Below are positions 38,139 to 48,362 of a stretch of DNA of 64,000 nt, in pieces; within the stretch, counting starts at the first letter, position 1, and every line of letters begins with the position of its first letter. Below the pieces are notes generated by a model. It had not been told where the DNA came from. It saw only the letters and a list, made by a program, of their open reading frames with translations, and searched no databases. Where the stretch lies: assembly GCA_964590105.1 (NCBI GenBank), contig CAZPYM010000001.1, forward strand, positions 1,022 to 65,021. The letters are read 5' to 3'. The DNA comes from an uncultured Gammaproteobacteria bacterium. GTDB taxonomy: Bacteria > Patescibacteriota > Patescibacteriia > UBA11705 > JABHMO01. Made by a program: the position numbers and the translations under genes.

Positions 38139-39044
38139 ATGAAAAAGTTTATTACATTGGTAGTTCTGTCGTTTGGAATTGTCTTTCTCGTCGGTTGTAG
38201 TCAACAGCCAATTACGCCAGTTCAACCAATTGAACCGGCCACTTCAATTCCAGTCGTCGTAGCGCCACCGTCAACCCTGCCCAATCAAGATATTAACTAC
38301 GAAAATCAAACTTTTGGTTTTACTTTAACTTTTCCGCAAACATGGGAGGGGTTTAATACTTCTGAACTGACATATGATAGTTACAGTAGTGTTTGTTTTA
38401 GCTTCAAAAAACCACAGCCGTTTTGTATATTTCAAATAACCAAATTTACCAAAAATCAGTGGGAGCAAGTAAAGTTTAAAGATACGAAAAATATCTTGTC
38501 GGAAACTGCTGATTTGGTTACTATTTGTGATGGATGTTGCGAACAGGGCGGTGATACAACTGGCGGCGGACAATTTGATCAATTCCAAATTGAAAGATGT
38601 AAGGAAGTGCCAAATATTATAAAAACCTATACTCAAATTGCCCAGGTTACAAACAAAATTAATGTCTTTGTGTCATTTCCCAATAATCAACTTTACCCAA
38701 ACATGTTGGATTGCGCGAAAGTCTTTGGAACCCCCCGAACAATTGATGAAACATTGGCAGTCGGTAGAGCCGCCCTTGAAGAGTTGTTTAAAGGGCCAAC
38801 GGCGCAAGAAACAAAAGATGGGTATTTTACCAATATACCCGCGGGCGTTAAAATTCAAAAATTAACCATAGAAAATGGTTTGGCAGAAGTTGACTTGAGC
38901 AATGAACTTCAACAGGGAGTCGGCGGATCATGCCGCGTTGACTCCATCCGAGCAGAGATTACAGAAACGCTTAAACAATTTCCAACCGTGCAATCTGTTA
39001 CCATCTCTATTAATGGCAAAACTGAAGATATTTTGCAGCCTTAA
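38139..39044 (+). CDS. lipoprotein with C-terminal GerMN (Gmad2) domain
   Basis: Lipobox LVGC; ALEELFKGPT..E...GY..IP...VDLS...GGSC....I.ETLKQFPTV.SV.ISING. Confidence 0.85.
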   Translation: MKKFITLVVLSFGIVFLVGCSQQPITPVQPIEPATSIPVVVAPPSTLPNQDINYENQTFGFTLTFPQTWEGFNTSELTYDSYSSVCFSFKKPQPFCIFQITKFTKNQWEQVKFKDTKNILSETADLVTICDGCCEQGGDTTGGGQFDQFQIERCKEVPNIIKTYTQIAQVTNKINVFVSFPNNQLYPNMLDCAKVFGTPRTIDETLAVGRAALEELFKGPTAQETKDGYFTNIPAGVKIQKLTIENGLAEVDLSNELQQGVGGSCRVDSIRAEITETLKQFPTVQSVTISINGKTEDILQP

Positions 39045-39532
39045 TATTTTTGCGTCAGATTTCAAAATCCACGTTTGGATGATGTGGGTTTTTGAAATTA
39101 TTTGTTTCCACCTATAAAAATGGACCGCTATATACATCGCAAGCATTCCTAACAAAAATTCAGAGGATGATAATTTCGTGCCACGCAGTCTATCCGCGTC
39201 GCCCACAAACCATAATTGGAAAAAATTGGGGGTGGCGCTCGAAATTCAAAAACGCAAAGAAAATGTTTTTGCTTGGCATGCGAGCTTTGTGAGCGACGGC
39301 GGGGCTGGCTTTTTTGGTCTAGTTTCGCTCAGCTGTTTTTGATAAAATGAGTTCGAGCCAAGCTGTAAAGACACACTAGGAACCACTTGTCCCTTCGGGG
39401 CGCGGGTTCATGCTTGGCCTATATTTGAACAAAGTGAGTAGCTAGACTTGAGTAAAAGAAAAACTGACAATAGGCAGTTTTTTTTGATTAGCGCGAAGAA
39501 TAATGGTAAAATATAATGGTTATAAAGATAAT

Positions 39533-41584
39533 ATGGATCTGCAAACGCCGATCAGCGAACTCACGCGCGTGGGCAAAACTACGGCCGCGCGTTTGAAAAA
39601 TCTTGGCATGCAAACAATTCAGGATCTAATTTTTTATTTTCCGTTCCGTTATGAAGATTTTAGTTTAATTAAAGATATCAATGAGCTGATTCCAAATGAG
39701 CCGGTGACAGTCAGGGGTAAAGTGCAATTAATCGCCAACCGAAGAAGTTTTCGTAAAAGAAAAATTGTTACAGAGGCTTTGGTTACTGACGAAACCGGCA
39801 GTGTCAAGGTGATCTGGTTTAATCAGCCATTTATTTCGAAAATAATTAAAGTCGGAGATGAGGTTTTTTTGTCTGGAAAATTGGATGAAGAGCGCTTGCA
39901 GTTTGTCAGTCCTGAATATGAAAAAGCAAAAGCCAATTCTTTGACTGTGCATACGGCCAGATTGGTCCCGATTTATCATTTGACGCAGGGAGTAACGCAA
40001 AAGCAGTTGCGTTTTCTGATCAGCCAAACCGATAAAGTGATTTTGCAAATTGAAGATTATCTGCCCGAAGAAATTATCAGCAAATATAAGTTTTTGCGGC
40101 TAAATAAAGCTTTGTTTAATATTCATTTTCCTTCAGGTAAGCAAAACGCAGAAGCAGCCAGAAAGAGATTGCAATTTGACGAACTTTTCTTGATCCAATT
40201 GGGGATTCAAAAATTAAAAAAAGAACTTCAGCAAAACAAATCGTCAAAAATAAAATTTCTGGAAAAGCAGACAAAAGATTTTGTGGCAGATCTTCCGTTT
40301 AAGCTAACCAATGCCCAAAAAAAATGTTCATGGGAAATAATTCGGGATCTGGAGAAAGCCAGGCCTATGAACCGTTTGTTGGAGGGCGATGTCGGGTCAG
40401 GCAAAACAGTAGTCGTGGCGCTGGCTATTCTGAATGCAGTCCTCAATGGCTACAAAGTTGTAATGATGGCGCCAACGGAAATTTTAGCGATTCAGCATTA
40501 TCAAACATTACAAAAATTATTCGCAAAACAAAAATTTTCCATTGCTTTATTCACCGGGAGTAGGCAGGAGGTTAACGGAGAAAAGGCAGGAAAAAAACTT
40601 CTTTTGCAAAAGCTTGCACTTGGTGAATTTGATATTGTTATTGGAACACAGGCCTTAATCCAGGAAAACGTCAAAATAAAAGATTTAGGGCTAGTGGTAG
40701 TGGACGAACAGCACCGGTTTGGCGTCAGCCAGCGGAAATCATTGGTTCAACGCGGGAAAAAGGATTATCTGCCGCACTTTCTTTCTCTGACCGCCACGCC
40801 AATTCCGCGCACTTTAGTTCTAACTTTGTACGGCGACCTGGATTTGTCAATAATCAATGAAATGCCGCCGGGCCGCAAACCAGTAATCACCCGCGTTGTT
40901 TATGAACAGCAGAGGTTGCAGACCTATGAATTTATCCGCCAGCAGGTGCGGTCAGGTCGGCAGGTATTTGTAATTTGTCCTTTAATTGATCCTTCCGACA
41001 GCATGGGGGTAAAATCAGTAAAACAAGAATTTGAAAGGTTGGACAAGCAGGTTTTTCCGGATTTAAAAATTAGCTTAATGCACGGACGGTTAAAACCAAA
41101 AGAAAAAGAACAGGCAATGAAGGAGTTCAATGAGGGAAAATCAAATATTTTGGTGTCCACTTCAGTGATTGAAGTCGGGATTGACATACCGAACGCCGTG
41201 ATTATGATGATCGAAGGCGCGGACAGATTTGGCCTGGCTCAATTGCATCAATTTCGCGGACGGGTCGGTCGGGGAGAGCATCAATCTTATTGTTTTGTTT
41301 TCAGCGAGAGTAATTCACCGGTAACAAAAAGGCGCCTGAAATATTTTGAAGAATGTTCTGATGGTTTCAAGCTGGCGGAAAAAGATCTTGAATTGCGAGG
41401 TTCTGGTGAAGTGTACGGCACCAGACAATCCGGCTTGCCAGATTTGAAAATTGCCAGCCTGACTGATGTGGCGCTGATTCAGGTCGCTCAGACCGAGGCG
41501 CTGGCGCTTGTTGAACAGGATAAAATCAGCGTTGCGTTGGAAAAGGTTTTAGCTAAACAAAATTTAAGTTTGCATTTTGAATAA
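39533..41584 (+). CDS. recG: ATP-dependent DNA helicase RecG
   Basis: RLLEGDVGSGKT, DEQHRFGV, TATPIPRT, QFRGRVGRG, DLELRG. Confidence 0.97.
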   Translation: MDLQTPISELTRVGKTTAARLKNLGMQTIQDLIFYFPFRYEDFSLIKDINELIPNEPVTVRGKVQLIANRRSFRKRKIVTEALVTDETGSVKVIWFNQPFISKIIKVGDEVFLSGKLDEERLQFVSPEYEKAKANSLTVHTARLVPIYHLTQGVTQKQLRFLISQTDKVILQIEDYLPEEIISKYKFLRLNKALFNIHFPSGKQNAEAARKRLQFDELFLIQLGIQKLKKELQQNKSSKIKFLEKQTKDFVADLPFKLTNAQKKCSWEIIRDLEKARPMNRLLEGDVGSGKTVVVALAILNAVLNGYKVVMMAPTEILAIQHYQTLQKLFAKQKFSIALFTGSRQEVNGEKAGKKLLLQKLALGEFDIVIGTQALIQENVKIKDLGLVVVDEQHRFGVSQRKSLVQRGKKDYLPHFLSLTATPIPRTLVLTLYGDLDLSIINEMPPGRKPVITRVVYEQQRLQTYEFIRQQVRSGRQVFVICPLIDPSDSMGVKSVKQEFERLDKQVFPDLKISLMHGRLKPKEKEQAMKEFNEGKSNILVSTSVIEVGIDIPNAVIMMIEGADRFGLAQLHQFRGRVGRGEHQSYCFVFSESNSPVTKRRLKYFEECSDGFKLAEKDLELRGSGEVYGTRQSGLPDLKIASLTDVALIQVAQTEALALVEQDKISVALEKVLAKQNLSLHFE

Positions 41585-41591
41585 AAAAATT

Positions 41592-41617
41592 ACTACCATG
41601 ATACATATCATGGTAGT
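41592..41617. terminator. hairpin after recG
   Basis: ACTACCATGAT-ACAT-ATCATGGTAGT perfect 11-bp stem; no clear U-tract. Confidence 0.4.
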
Positions 41618-41641
41618 GAGGGGTTTTGGGACTGAATATTC

Positions 41642-41670
41642 TTGACGCAGTTTTTTTACTGTGATACCAT
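41642..41670 (+). promoter_or_regulatory. sigma70-type promoter
   Basis: TTGACG-17 bp-TACCAT with extended TG. Confidence 0.55.
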
Positions 41671-41707
41671 TTTTTCACAGTTCTTTTTTTTAATGCAGGG
41701 AGGGGAA

Positions 41708-42085
41708 ATGCAATCAGGATCGGTCTGGTGTCCGAAATGTAGGATGCAAGTGAAGGAGATTGAACAATCAGTGAATTTTTGTAATCAGAGAGTTCATAAG
41801 GCCTGTCTTTTGAAAGAGGGAGTGAACCTCATCGGCAACATGTTTCATTCCGATAGTGAAATGATTGCCCTGTGTCGCAAAGTAAAAGGGAATTGGACCG
41901 CTTTTGGCCAGCTTGCTCTCGAGGCATATCGTCGAGTTTGCTGGGACGCCGAGGTCTTCCCGGAGAGCCGGCAATTTGTATTTGACATCCTGCGTCAATG
42001 CTTTTGTCAGATTCTGGAAGGAGCTTTTGACGAATCAGACGAAGTTATCCCCATGACAGTCAAAGCAGGATCAGAACAAAATTAA
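41708..42085 (+). CDS. orphan protein with N-terminal zinc finger (CxxC...HxxC)
   Basis: GGGAGGGG SD before ATG 41708; WCPKC...VHKAC. Confidence 0.65.
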   Translation: MQSGSVWCPKCRMQVKEIEQSVNFCNQRVHKACLLKEGVNLIGNMFHSDSEMIALCRKVKGNWTAFGQLALEAYRRVCWDAEVFPESRQFVFDILRQCFCQILEGAFDESDEVIPMTVKAGSEQN

Positions 42086-42097
42086 TCCTAAAAAACT

Positions 42098-42129
42098 AAA
42101 ACTGACCGCCCTCGAGCGATCAGTTTTTT
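42098..42129. terminator. bidirectional intrinsic terminator
   Basis: AAAACTGA.CGC...GCG.TCAGTTTTTT between convergent genes. Confidence 0.6.
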
Positions 42130-42151
42130 CTTTTTCCCATTATTGGCGGAA

Positions 42152-43495
42152 TTATTTAATCAGTTCTTTGATGTTTTTTGCTTTGGTAATTTTTATTTTA
42201 TAATTTTTTGATAATTTGACATCTGGAATAATGATTTGCTGGAAGCCCAGTTTTTCCGCTTCAGAAATTCTTTTTTCTATATTAGAAACTGGTCTTATTT
42301 CTCCGCCAAGTCCGAGTTCTCCGAGAGCCAGTGTATCTTTTGGAATAATATAATTTTTCAACGCCGAGCTGATTGCAAGCGCAACTGCCAGATCAACGGC
42401 CGGTTCTGTTATTTTGAATCCACCAACAATATTCAGATGAATGTCTTGATTATTGAGATTCAAATTTGCCCGTTTGAACAAGACTGCGGCGATCATTTGT
42501 AGTCTATTTAAATCATAGCCTGATGTTTTGCGTTGCGGATAGCCGAAGATAGTCGGCGTAACTAGAGCCTGAACTTCAACCAAAAAAGCGCGCGTGCCCT
42601 CCATAAAACAACTGATTACCGAGCCGGCAATATTTTGGTTTGAATCGGATAAAAATGCTTTAGTCGGATCTTTTACTTCAATTAATCCGGCGCTAGTCAT
42701 TTCCAAAACCCCGATTTCATTGGTGGAGCCAAATCTGTTTTTGGTACTCCGTAGAATTCTGTAACCGTGGAACTTGTCTCCTTCGAGATACAAAACAACA
42801 TCAACCAAGTGTTCCAGCGTTTTTGGCCCGGCTACCGAACCGTCTTTAGTCACATGTCCGGTAATAATAACCGGCACATGGGTGGTTTTTGCCGCTTCAA
42901 GGAGCTTTACTGTGCAGGCACGGATTTGCGAAACATTGCCGGCTTCTGATTCAACATCACTCGAATAAATTGTTTGAATGGAATCGATAACAGCAATCCG
43001 TGGTTTTAATTGATGAATGGCCGCAGAAATTTGCTCAACATTTGTTTCGGAAAGGAATTTTAGTTTGTCGGCCTTGTAATTTAGCCGATCCATTCTGAGT
43101 TTAATTTGTTGGGCGGATTCTTCGCCGGAAATATAAAGAAGATGCTCTCCTGCCCCTTCCAATTGTTTTAGAATTTGCAGGACAAGCGTTGATTTGCCAA
43201 TACCGGGTTCGCCGCCAATCAGTATTATGCTTCCTCTGACTATCCCGCCACCAAAGATTTGATCTATTTCATTTAGGCCGAGTTTTATACGTTCAAAATT
43301 TTTTGATGATATCTGATTAAAATCCACTAACTTTTTATTATCAAAGGCGATTGTTTTACTTACTTTTACCTTTTCACTTTGACCATGTGACTCTTCAACT
43401 GTTCCCCATGCTCCACAACTCAAACAACGCCCAGACCATTTTGGAAACTGGGCGTCGCATTTGGAGCAAAAATAAATTATTTTCTGGCTTGTCAT
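42152..43495 (-). CDS. radA: DNA repair protein RadA/Sms
   Basis: CxxC-CxxC zinc finger, GGEPGIGKSTL, KNRFG, Lon-like C-terminus. Confidence 0.97.
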   Translation of the reverse strand: MTSQKIIYFCSKCDAQFPKWSGRCLSCGAWGTVEESHGQSEKVKVSKTIAFDNKKLVDFNQISSKNFERIKLGLNEIDQIFGGGIVRGSIILIGGEPGIGKSTLVLQILKQLEGAGEHLLYISGEESAQQIKLRMDRLNYKADKLKFLSETNVEQISAAIHQLKPRIAVIDSIQTIYSSDVESEAGNVSQIRACTVKLLEAAKTTHVPVIITGHVTKDGSVAGPKTLEHLVDVVLYLEGDKFHGYRILRSTKNRFGSTNEIGVLEMTSAGLIEVKDPTKAFLSDSNQNIAGSVISCFMEGTRAFLVEVQALVTPTIFGYPQRKTSGYDLNRLQMIAAVLFKRANLNLNNQDIHLNIVGGFKITEPAVDLAVALAISSALKNYIIPKDTLALGELGLGGEIRPVSNIEKRISEAEKLGFQQIIIPDVKLSKNYKIKITKAKNIKELIK

Positions 43496-43517
43496 GAATC
43501 GACTTTAACACCATTTA

Positions 43518-45080
43518 TTATGGCATGCAAACATGTTGCATTAAATCACAGATTGGCCCGATTGGAGCATTTATACAATCATCATCATCTTCGCAACTGC
43601 CGGGAGTAAGTTCGCATTTGCCTGATTGGCAGGTTTCCCAAGCTTGGCAGGCGGGAGTACATGTAAGGCTTTGTCCAGCAGGGTCATAACATTTATGGTT
43701 AATAACATCGCAAGTGCTTTTTGCGGGATCGACAAGACAATCTCCATCATTATTGCACGCGCCAGTTTTTGGATAGCAGCTACCCTCGTCACATATTTCC
43801 CAGCTAGCACAGACTGGCACACAAGGAATATAAAGTTTTCCGCATTTACCAGGAGTCCATGTGCTGCCGGAGGCGCCACCTTTGGTAGTCATGTTTTTGT
43901 ATTGATCTCGATTGGCTGTAAATACAGAGCACCAGTCTTCTGTGATTGTTTCTTTAAGTTTGTCAGTTTTTCCAGTTGTGGCGTTTTTTGCGGTGGCAGT
44001 GCAACAACCTTGAGGCGCTGGGGTTTCTGTAGGTGAAGGATAGAATACCACACCCCAAGTTGGACCGATTGCTAGTTTTGTCCAAGCTTGGTTATAGCCA
44101 CACCCATCAGATTTGAAGTGACCGGAGGCTGGACCTTCGCCGATTATCAATGAGCAAAAGTTGCAGCCATTTGGATCTGCCATGGCATCGTCGACTTTTT
44201 TTTGACAGCCTTTAAATCGACTATAACCTTCTGCACCGGATTGAAATTCCATTCCATCGCCCAGTGATACGCCCACATGACCGAATTTCCAAAGTAGTCC
44301 GACGGGCAGGTTGTTTTTATTTGCCGATGTAACTACTTCCGTAATCCACCCTTTATTTTCTGCATTTTTCCCAGATTGTTGAGCGCTACCATTATAGGGT
44401 AGGTCGCAACCGATATATTTGAGAAACTTGGTGGCGGTGTATGCGCAATGACAAGGCCCCATGCAGATATTTAAGTCATGTAATTTTTGCGCTGCATCTT
44501 GAGCTGCTTTTTTTGAACAAGGAGGAAGAGTATTTGGCCCGATTAAATCTTCTATTTCATTTCCCGCGCCGAGTGGAGCTGTCATCGAGGCTGGTGGTTC
44601 TTCTGAAAAATCCTCGACTTGTTTAACTGTTTCAGTGTTTAGGCCACTCAATTTAACTAGATTTGGATTAATAATACTCAAAACTAAGTGCGCGCACATG
44701 AGTACGGCCAGACCGGTAATGGCGCCGAAAATCATTGTATTGGCTTTTTTAACATTTGCCGGTATGCCGCCGGCTGTCAGGTATAATATGCCTCCAATCA
44801 TTAAAATTACAACAGCAAAAATTGATCCTAGCGTAATGCTGTATTTATAAATTGCCACCATATACTCGGCAATCCATGGAATAGAAACAGTTTCTCCCGG
44901 GGTAAATTCATAAGTAGCAAGGCTAGGCATCCCTGGAATAGGAATGTTAATTTTTGGCGCGTCCATTTGTTGCTTGGGGGCGGGTGTTTGGGCAAAACAA
45001 ATCAGGGGCAGTAGAATAAAACTGGCGATTATAAAAACAATGAATAAACGCCCGGGCTTTATTTTTGAGAATGTTTTCAT
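43518..45080 (-). CDS. VirB2/TrbC-like pilin domain fused to an NlpC/P60-CHAP-like domain and Cys-rich repeats
   Basis: Signal peptide from ATG 45080; IPWIAEY...GG..YLTAGG....KA...I.GA..GL....A..VL..INPNLV; HCAYTA...GHVGV; C-terminal Cys-rich repeats. Confidence 0.7.
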   Translation of the reverse strand: MKTFSKIKPGRLFIVFIIASFILLPLICFAQTPAPKQQMDAPKINIPIPGMPSLATYEFTPGETVSIPWIAEYMVAIYKYSITLGSIFAVVILMIGGILYLTAGGIPANVKKANTMIFGAITGLAVLMCAHLVLSIINPNLVKLSGLNTETVKQVEDFSEEPPASMTAPLGAGNEIEDLIGPNTLPPCSKKAAQDAAQKLHDLNICMGPCHCAYTATKFLKYIGCDLPYNGSAQQSGKNAENKGWITEVVTSANKNNLPVGLLWKFGHVGVSLGDGMEFQSGAEGYSRFKGCQKKVDDAMADPNGCNFCSLIIGEGPASGHFKSDGCGYNQAWTKLAIGPTWGVVFYPSPTETPAPQGCCTATAKNATTGKTDKLKETITEDWCSVFTANRDQYKNMTTKGGASGSTWTPGKCGKLYIPCVPVCASWEICDEGSCYPKTGACNNDGDCLVDPAKSTCDVINHKCYDPAGQSLTCTPACQAWETCQSGKCELTPGSCEDDDDCINAPIGPICDLMQHVCMP

Positions 45081-45223
45081 ATTTTGTTTTAGCAAAACAG
45101 GAGTTGATTTTTGTCTGCCCACCCCTGCGAGATTTAGTCAGAATTATTTTTCTTCTGGCCACCTCACCGTCGAAAATTTGGTTTATTTCCTTAATTCAAT
45201 TTTTGCTCTCCCTTATGTTTTTG

Positions 45224-48200
45224 TTAATGACACTTGCCGGTATGTATATCTGTGCTGCAAATGAGGCTTGTAATGATATCGTGCGGGGTGTATGGAGCGA
45301 GACAGCTTCCGCCCGATGACCAGCTACCAAATAAACTGTCGCAAGTTGGTTTGTTAACGCTTATACCGTTTTGGGCCGCACTGACATCATTTGTTTTATA
45401 TTTGGAATGAAGTATTAAATCAGATTTACAACAACCCAGGGTTGTATCTGCCGGATTAATAACTGGAAAGAAGATAGCATTGACTCCCTTGATTCTGTTG
45501 TTTTTGGTATATGCGATGCATTGATTTTTTTCACCTTGAAATCCACCGTCACCATCTGGGGTTTCTCCACAGTTAAAAACTGAACGATGAACATCGACGG
45601 CGTTCATGTTTGGAATATTCATTCCTCCTTGCAGGCAGGCGGTTTTCATTTGCGGCGTGGCATTTTTTGCGCAGGTTGTTTTTTGCGCTTGGCTACAGCC
45701 ACTTGATTGGCAAGCACTAAAGACAGTTGATGATTCTACATCACCGCCTTGGCCGGTTGAAATTGATACATGCTGGACTGCATTAAAACCTCCGCTATAC
45801 AAAAGACCAACCGGCATTTGAGAATAGTAGTTTTGTGCCGCCCCTCCTTTGCCGCCGACAATTAGTCCTTTCCAGCCAAGCGCTGTCAATTGATCTTTGG
45901 CGCTACCAATAGATCCGAACCCTGGAATTTTACACCCGGCGTTACGGATAATCCTGGAGGCGATAAGAGCGCAGGTATTTGGTGCAGTAACAATATGTGA
46001 ATTTCCCCAAAGCATAGCGGTGCTTTTAATTTGTTCCGGGGTACAAGAAAGTTTGGCATCATAGCAGCCATTAGTTGAATATGGTGAAAGATCAAGAGCA
46101 CCTGCATGACAGGCGCCCGCAGTAACGGTGGCTGGACCAGAGGGTGCGCCAGGATCAGAAGTTAGCAATTCAGGCACTTTTCCATAATTTCCTTTTTGAT
46201 ATATGTATACAATGTCATAAACGCCACAGGCATCCCATAAGTCCGTTTCAGTAGCTGTTTTGGCATCTCCGCCGCATTCATTTTTAGTTTTATGACTGGG
46301 ATCATGTATTTGGTAAGTTGTTCCGTCATAATTGGCAACTACAATATAATGTCCGCCAGCAGTGAAAGGGCAACAAGGCGCTTTATTACCAGCTTTATCT
46401 TTGGTTTTAACATGAAAAATTATTGGAATACCTTTGCTTAAGAGTTGTTTAATTTCAGCTTTGTTCGATTGGCTCATTTGTTTGGCGTCTAGTCCGTTGC
46501 CTTTGGTAAAAGCCTCTATGCCCTTGTTATCCACGCCGCAACAAGTAGGCGCAGAAGTCCCTGCTACACTACCGGCCGGAGACCGTATGCCATTCTCCTG
46601 AACCCATCTGGCGACATCAGGAGGAATGACGCTTAGGCCATTAAAAGTGGCGACCATGGCGGTTGATGTTAATCCACAGCCAGAAGCTTGGATATTGTTT
46701 ACATTACGATTGGTTGTGCCGGTTACATTTTTACAGTATGCCACAAAATTATTTTTACCGTATGGATTTTTTTCGCACCAGGCGGCATCTTTTAAGTTTG
46801 GGTTTTTGCACATCTCTGATACATGATAGGTTGCTTCAATCGCTTCACAATTACTTTTTTCTCTGCAAACGGTTATCCCTTTTTCTTGTCCCGCTGGCCA
46901 GGGTAAAGTACTTACTCCCGGAAAGGTGGGTTTATATCCTTTTGGAATTCCGCAAGATAATGTTTCTCCGTCAACTTTACTGTCTTGATAGCTACATTTA
47001 TTGCCGGTCAGAGGAAAACAGGCCCATTTGCTATCAAATTGATAGTAATAAGGTAAATTTCCCGGTGTAGACAAGGTTGGATTGACCGTTGCAATGGAGC
47101 CCCATTCGCCCTCAATAATATTACCAATTGGCTTGACGGTTTCTATTGTTGTCCCACTCAGCTTCACTAGATTTGGATTGATAATATTTAAAATAAGGTA
47201 CGCACTCAGGAGAACAACTATTCCGCTGACAGCGCCGAACATCATGGTCTTTCCCTTTTGAATAAATTCACTGCTCCCGCCTGATGTAATATAGATAATT
47301 CCGCCAAACATAAAAATTAAAACAGCCAGAATTGCGCCGAGAATGATTGCATAGCTGTACACTGCAACAATATATTGAGCAATCCATGGAATTGAAACTG
47401 TCTCTCCGGCAGTATATTCTTGAGTTTCAAAATCTGCCAGTCCGGGGATAGGTATGTTGATTTTTGGTTTGACCATTTGCAGCTTCGCAGCAGCGGCGGG
47501 TGTTGACGTTCCTGATGTCGGAGCAGTAGGAGCAACTGGCGCAGCCGCTGGCTCAGTGCATTTGCCGGCTGTTGACGGCGGAGTAACTTCGCATTTTCCA
47601 GACTGGCAAGCGGCTTCATTGTTTATATTGCAGTCTGCATCTTTGCCAAGTTTGTCAACACAAAGTCCGGAATCCAAGCCTGTTCCGTCTGCGCAGTATT
47701 TTCCGTCCGGACATTGATCGTTTTTTTTGCAAATACAAATATCCTGTGGCGCGTTTGGTGGAATAATTTTATTTTCACAAATGCCGGAAATACAATGAGT
47801 TATATCGGTAGGGCATTGCTGGCCAATAGCGATTTTATCAACGCATGATTTGTCTGCATTGTTGCAATATTGATTGCCGGGACAATTGGCATCTGAAGTA
47901 CAGCCGCCGGCGCCGGCTGCTTCCAGCTTTGCCGCTTCTTCTGCCGTGAGTGGCAGGAGTATTGCTCCTTTGGAACTTTCGCAATAATGAAGGTCAAAAG
48001 ATTCGGGTGCTCCATCCTTGCATTCCCATATTTCGTTTGGATCGGAAATCCCGCCATTTAGCAGTGAAGCCTCAAGTTCGCAGTCATTTTGTGTTTTGCA
48101 AACGCAGAAATTGTCTCCCGCAACTGTCAGCGAGCTGTCTTCACAATCTCCTGAGGCGCATTCGGAGGTAGGAAGATCTAAATTGTTTGTGCATTTTTCG

Positions 48201-48310
48201 CCTATATTCAGTTTTGGATCTTCGGCCAGAGTTATAGTCGGAAATAAAAAAACAATCGCGCAAAATAATATCAGGGAGTATTTTATGTTTGTTTTTAGAG
48301 AAGAACTCAT
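45224..48310 (-). CDS. Cys-rich repeats plus VirB2/TrbC-like pilin plus C39-like peptidase plus NlpC/CHAP-like domain
   Basis: Signal peptide; Dickkopf-like CxxDxxC repeats; pilin module paralogous to the neighbouring gene; PYYYQ.D..W...SGCGLTS.AM...GHYIVV...HDP; TCALIAS...QHVSIS. Confidence 0.7.
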   Translation of the reverse strand: MSSSLKTNIKYSLILFCAIVFLFPTITLAEDPKLNIGEKCTNNLDLPTSECASGDCEDSSLTVAGDNFCVCKTQNDCELEASLLNGGISDPNEIWECKDGAPESFDLHYCESSKGAILLPLTAEEAAKLEAAGAGGCTSDANCPGNQYCNNADKSCVDKIAIGQQCPTDITHCISGICENKIIPPNAPQDICICKKNDQCPDGKYCADGTGLDSGLCVDKLGKDADCNINNEAACQSGKCEVTPPSTAGKCTEPAAAPVAPTAPTSGTSTPAAAAKLQMVKPKINIPIPGLADFETQEYTAGETVSIPWIAQYIVAVYSYAIILGAILAVLIFMFGGIIYITSGGSSEFIQKGKTMMFGAVSGIVVLLSAYLILNIINPNLVKLSGTTIETVKPIGNIIEGEWGSIATVNPTLSTPGNLPYYYQFDSKWACFPLTGNKCSYQDSKVDGETLSCGIPKGYKPTFPGVSTLPWPAGQEKGITVCREKSNCEAIEATYHVSEMCKNPNLKDAAWCEKNPYGKNNFVAYCKNVTGTTNRNVNNIQASGCGLTSTAMVATFNGLSVIPPDVARWVQENGIRSPAGSVAGTSAPTCCGVDNKGIEAFTKGNGLDAKQMSQSNKAEIKQLLSKGIPIIFHVKTKDKAGNKAPCCPFTAGGHYIVVANYDGTTYQIHDPSHKTKNECGGDAKTATETDLWDACGVYDIVYIYQKGNYGKVPELLTSDPGAPSGPATVTAGACHAGALDLSPYSTNGCYDAKLSCTPEQIKSTAMLWGNSHIVTAPNTCALIASRIIRNAGCKIPGFGSIGSAKDQLTALGWKGLIVGGKGGAAQNYYSQMPVGLLYSGGFNAVQHVSISTGQGGDVESSTVFSACQSSGCSQAQKTTCAKNATPQMKTACLQGGMNIPNMNAVDVHRSVFNCGETPDGDGGFQGEKNQCIAYTKNNRIKGVNAIFFPVINPADTTLGCCKSDLILHSKYKTNDVSAAQNGISVNKPTCDSLFGSWSSGGSCLAPYTPHDIITSLICSTDIHTGKCH

Positions 48311-48362
48311 ATTTGTTTTGCGGGATTAAGATTTATTTTAGTTTAGTTTTACATTTTGTGAA

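Larger units (their letters stand above)
36517..39376. mobile_element. three-gene island bounded by ~150-bp imperfect inverted repeats next to tRNA-Arg
   Basis: 36517-36660 is the inverse of 39220-39376 (shared core includes GTGTGTCTTTAC, GAACTCATTT, AAAGCTCGC.TGCCAAGCAAAAACATTTTCTTTGC). Confidence 0.65.

Noticed and set aside
35649-39400. 20-bp direct repeat AACCACTT..CCCTTCGGGG (35649-35668 and 39381-39400) as attL/attR
   Set aside because: It is not a tRNA 3'-end duplication, has two mismatches and would enclose a core tRNA; more likely another small dispersed hairpin family, though not fully excluded.
43518-48310. Diversity-generating retroelement target/template pair
   Set aside because: Similarity between the two pilin fusions is ordinary paralogy, not adenine-specific mismatch, and no reverse transcriptase is in the window.
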